DNA of 64,000 nucleotides from a virus: IMG/VR virus record IMGVR_UViG_3300048997_000130, positions 64,001 to 128,000 of that record; one strand, 5' to 3'. Shown piece by piece: positions 62,802 to 64,000 of this stretch (position 1 is its first letter; each line of letters starts with the position of its first letter). The notes under the pieces were generated by a model. It saw only the letters and a program-made list of their open reading frames with translations, ran no database searches and was not told where the DNA came from. The position numbers and the translations under genes were made by a program.

Positions 62802-63094
62802 TCCTTTAAATCTCCAAAGAAATCTTACCTAGGAATCCTTGGAATTTACCCTATGGCATATATTGCTGGATCCTATGCCATACCCAAACGAAATCTAATA
62901 CAGAGTATCTCTTGAATAATCTATTTTCAAGAGATACTCATCAAAATGTTTTCAAATAGATTATTTGAAAACAAAATTTTTGAAGAGATATGTCAACATA
63001 ATCTATTTGAAAATCAAATACTCCTTCAAAAACCAGTCATATTCCTTTTTAAAATCAGTCATATTAATATAAATCTCCGAGTTTCTTTGATTGA

Positions 63095-63132
63095 CTGTGA
63101 ATTGTTATGGGTTTTTCTGTGAATTGTTATGG
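63095..63132 (+). repeat. 16-bp direct repeat in a long AT-rich non-coding region
   Basis: CTGTGAATTGTTATGG at 63095 and 63117. Confidence 0.7.
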
Positions 63133-63691
63133 TTATTGGAGGGGTTTTTGAAGGGATTTGTAATGGGTTGTGGGGAGACTATGGAAGAGTTTCTCGGATT
63201 ATTGTGGATTTTAGACGGGACTTTTTAGGATTCCTTCAATCTATTCCCCGTTATCCCTTTCCGAATCCATTTTATTCCCCTATCCAACTCCCTTCGTATG
63301 ACCCATTTTCTCCCCGTATTTGGAATCCGGTTAGGACACTCCTATTTATAACCGGATTATTTATATCATTTTCCTTCATTTCCAAAGCCTCATGAAGCTG
63401 TCTTGATTTTTCCTAATCTCTTTTAATTTCGTCCTCTAGAATAAATATTTACGAAAATTTCGCTCCTTGGATTTTAAAGATTCTTCCTAACAATTCAATT
63501 CTAATATGTTGAATATTTACAAATGATTACTATTTTGAATTTAAATAAGATTATAAGATTGGATTTTCCGGGATTTTGAAACCCCTTATGCGGTCTTCGG
63601 GCCGTTTTTTAGTGGTTATTCTCACCCCCATATTCCGTTAAAATTCATAAAATATGTAGGGTTAGAACATCATTTCCTTTGTATATTTGGG

Positions 63692-63886
63692 TTAAATCAT
63701 GACCTTCGTAGATTCGGTCTTCAAGTCCGGGCATGGCGCCAAGTTTTTACAGTCCGTTCTGGACCATCCTGAAATAGCTTCGGACATTGAAGCTTTCCCG
63801 CACCTTTTGCAACAAGCCAAAATTTTGGACATCCACTTCGTTCCATCGTCAATGGGAAAAGAAGACTGGAGGCCGAGCTTTTCCAT
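63692..63886 (-). CDS. Small Cys-containing protein
   Basis: ACCKRCG..DC..PCP. Confidence 0.5.
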   Translation of the reverse strand: MEKLGLQSSFPIDDGTKWMSKILACCKRCGKASMSEAISGWSRTDCKNLAPCPDLKTESTKVMI

Positions 63887-64000
63887 TCAAGTCAAAGACC
63901 GCCAGTTCATTCAACAGGGTTTAAGCCTTCCATTTTTCTCCGTTTGTCCGGGTTCCGGCAACCTTGTTCACATGCTTTGTTTGGAACATGGGCGCTCCCT

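Noticed and set aside
1-64000. Stop-codon reassignment (TAG or TGA), as in some large phages
   Set aside because: Long conserved genes are uninterrupted in the standard code, and all three stops end well-packed genes (e.g. TAG at 42654, TGA at 28787)

Overview
This window looks like part of a large (jumbo-type) tailed bacteriophage genome. That is inferred from gene content; no capsid, tail, rRNA or CRISPR sequence is visible, and the standard genetic code appears to be used. The left half (about 1-30 kb, AT-rich) is a replication, transcription and nucleotide-metabolism region. It encodes an intein-containing class II ribonucleotide reductase (NrdJ), Pol III delta and delta-prime clamp-loader-like subunits, and two diverged sigma70-like proteins, one ending in a DnaA domain IV-like HTH. 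It also has an AT-rich origin-like locus and an adenylosuccinate-synthetase homolog carrying the PurZ-type Asp-to-Ser signature (2-aminoadenine / Z-genome pathway). Further along are an HNH endonuclease, tandem-domain ThyX, two HAD 5'-nucleotidases, a dNMP kinase, a DHH phosphoesterase, an HhH glycosylase-like protein and an endolysin. The right half (about 30-64 kb, more GC-rich) is a dense array of small, mostly minus-strand genes. Many sit behind their own rigid promoter-plus-RBS cassette (CGTAAA-N15-xxTA(G/T)x-N6-TGGAGG). The most notable observations are: (1) the PurZ-like gene beside a Pol III-type clamp loader; (2) a shared C-terminal peptide tag (hydrophobic-hydrophobic-x-x-[IV]-[MQ]-x-[ST]-stop) on at least 9 otherwise unrelated small proteins; (3) an SD-less promoter apparently driving a ~215-nt structured RNA made of a long hairpin plus a tRNA-like module with no canonical anticodon arm; (4) the modular promoter-cassette array; (5) the split-sigma/DnaA-IV fusion near oriC-like 13-mers. 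All family calls are by eye, without database searches.
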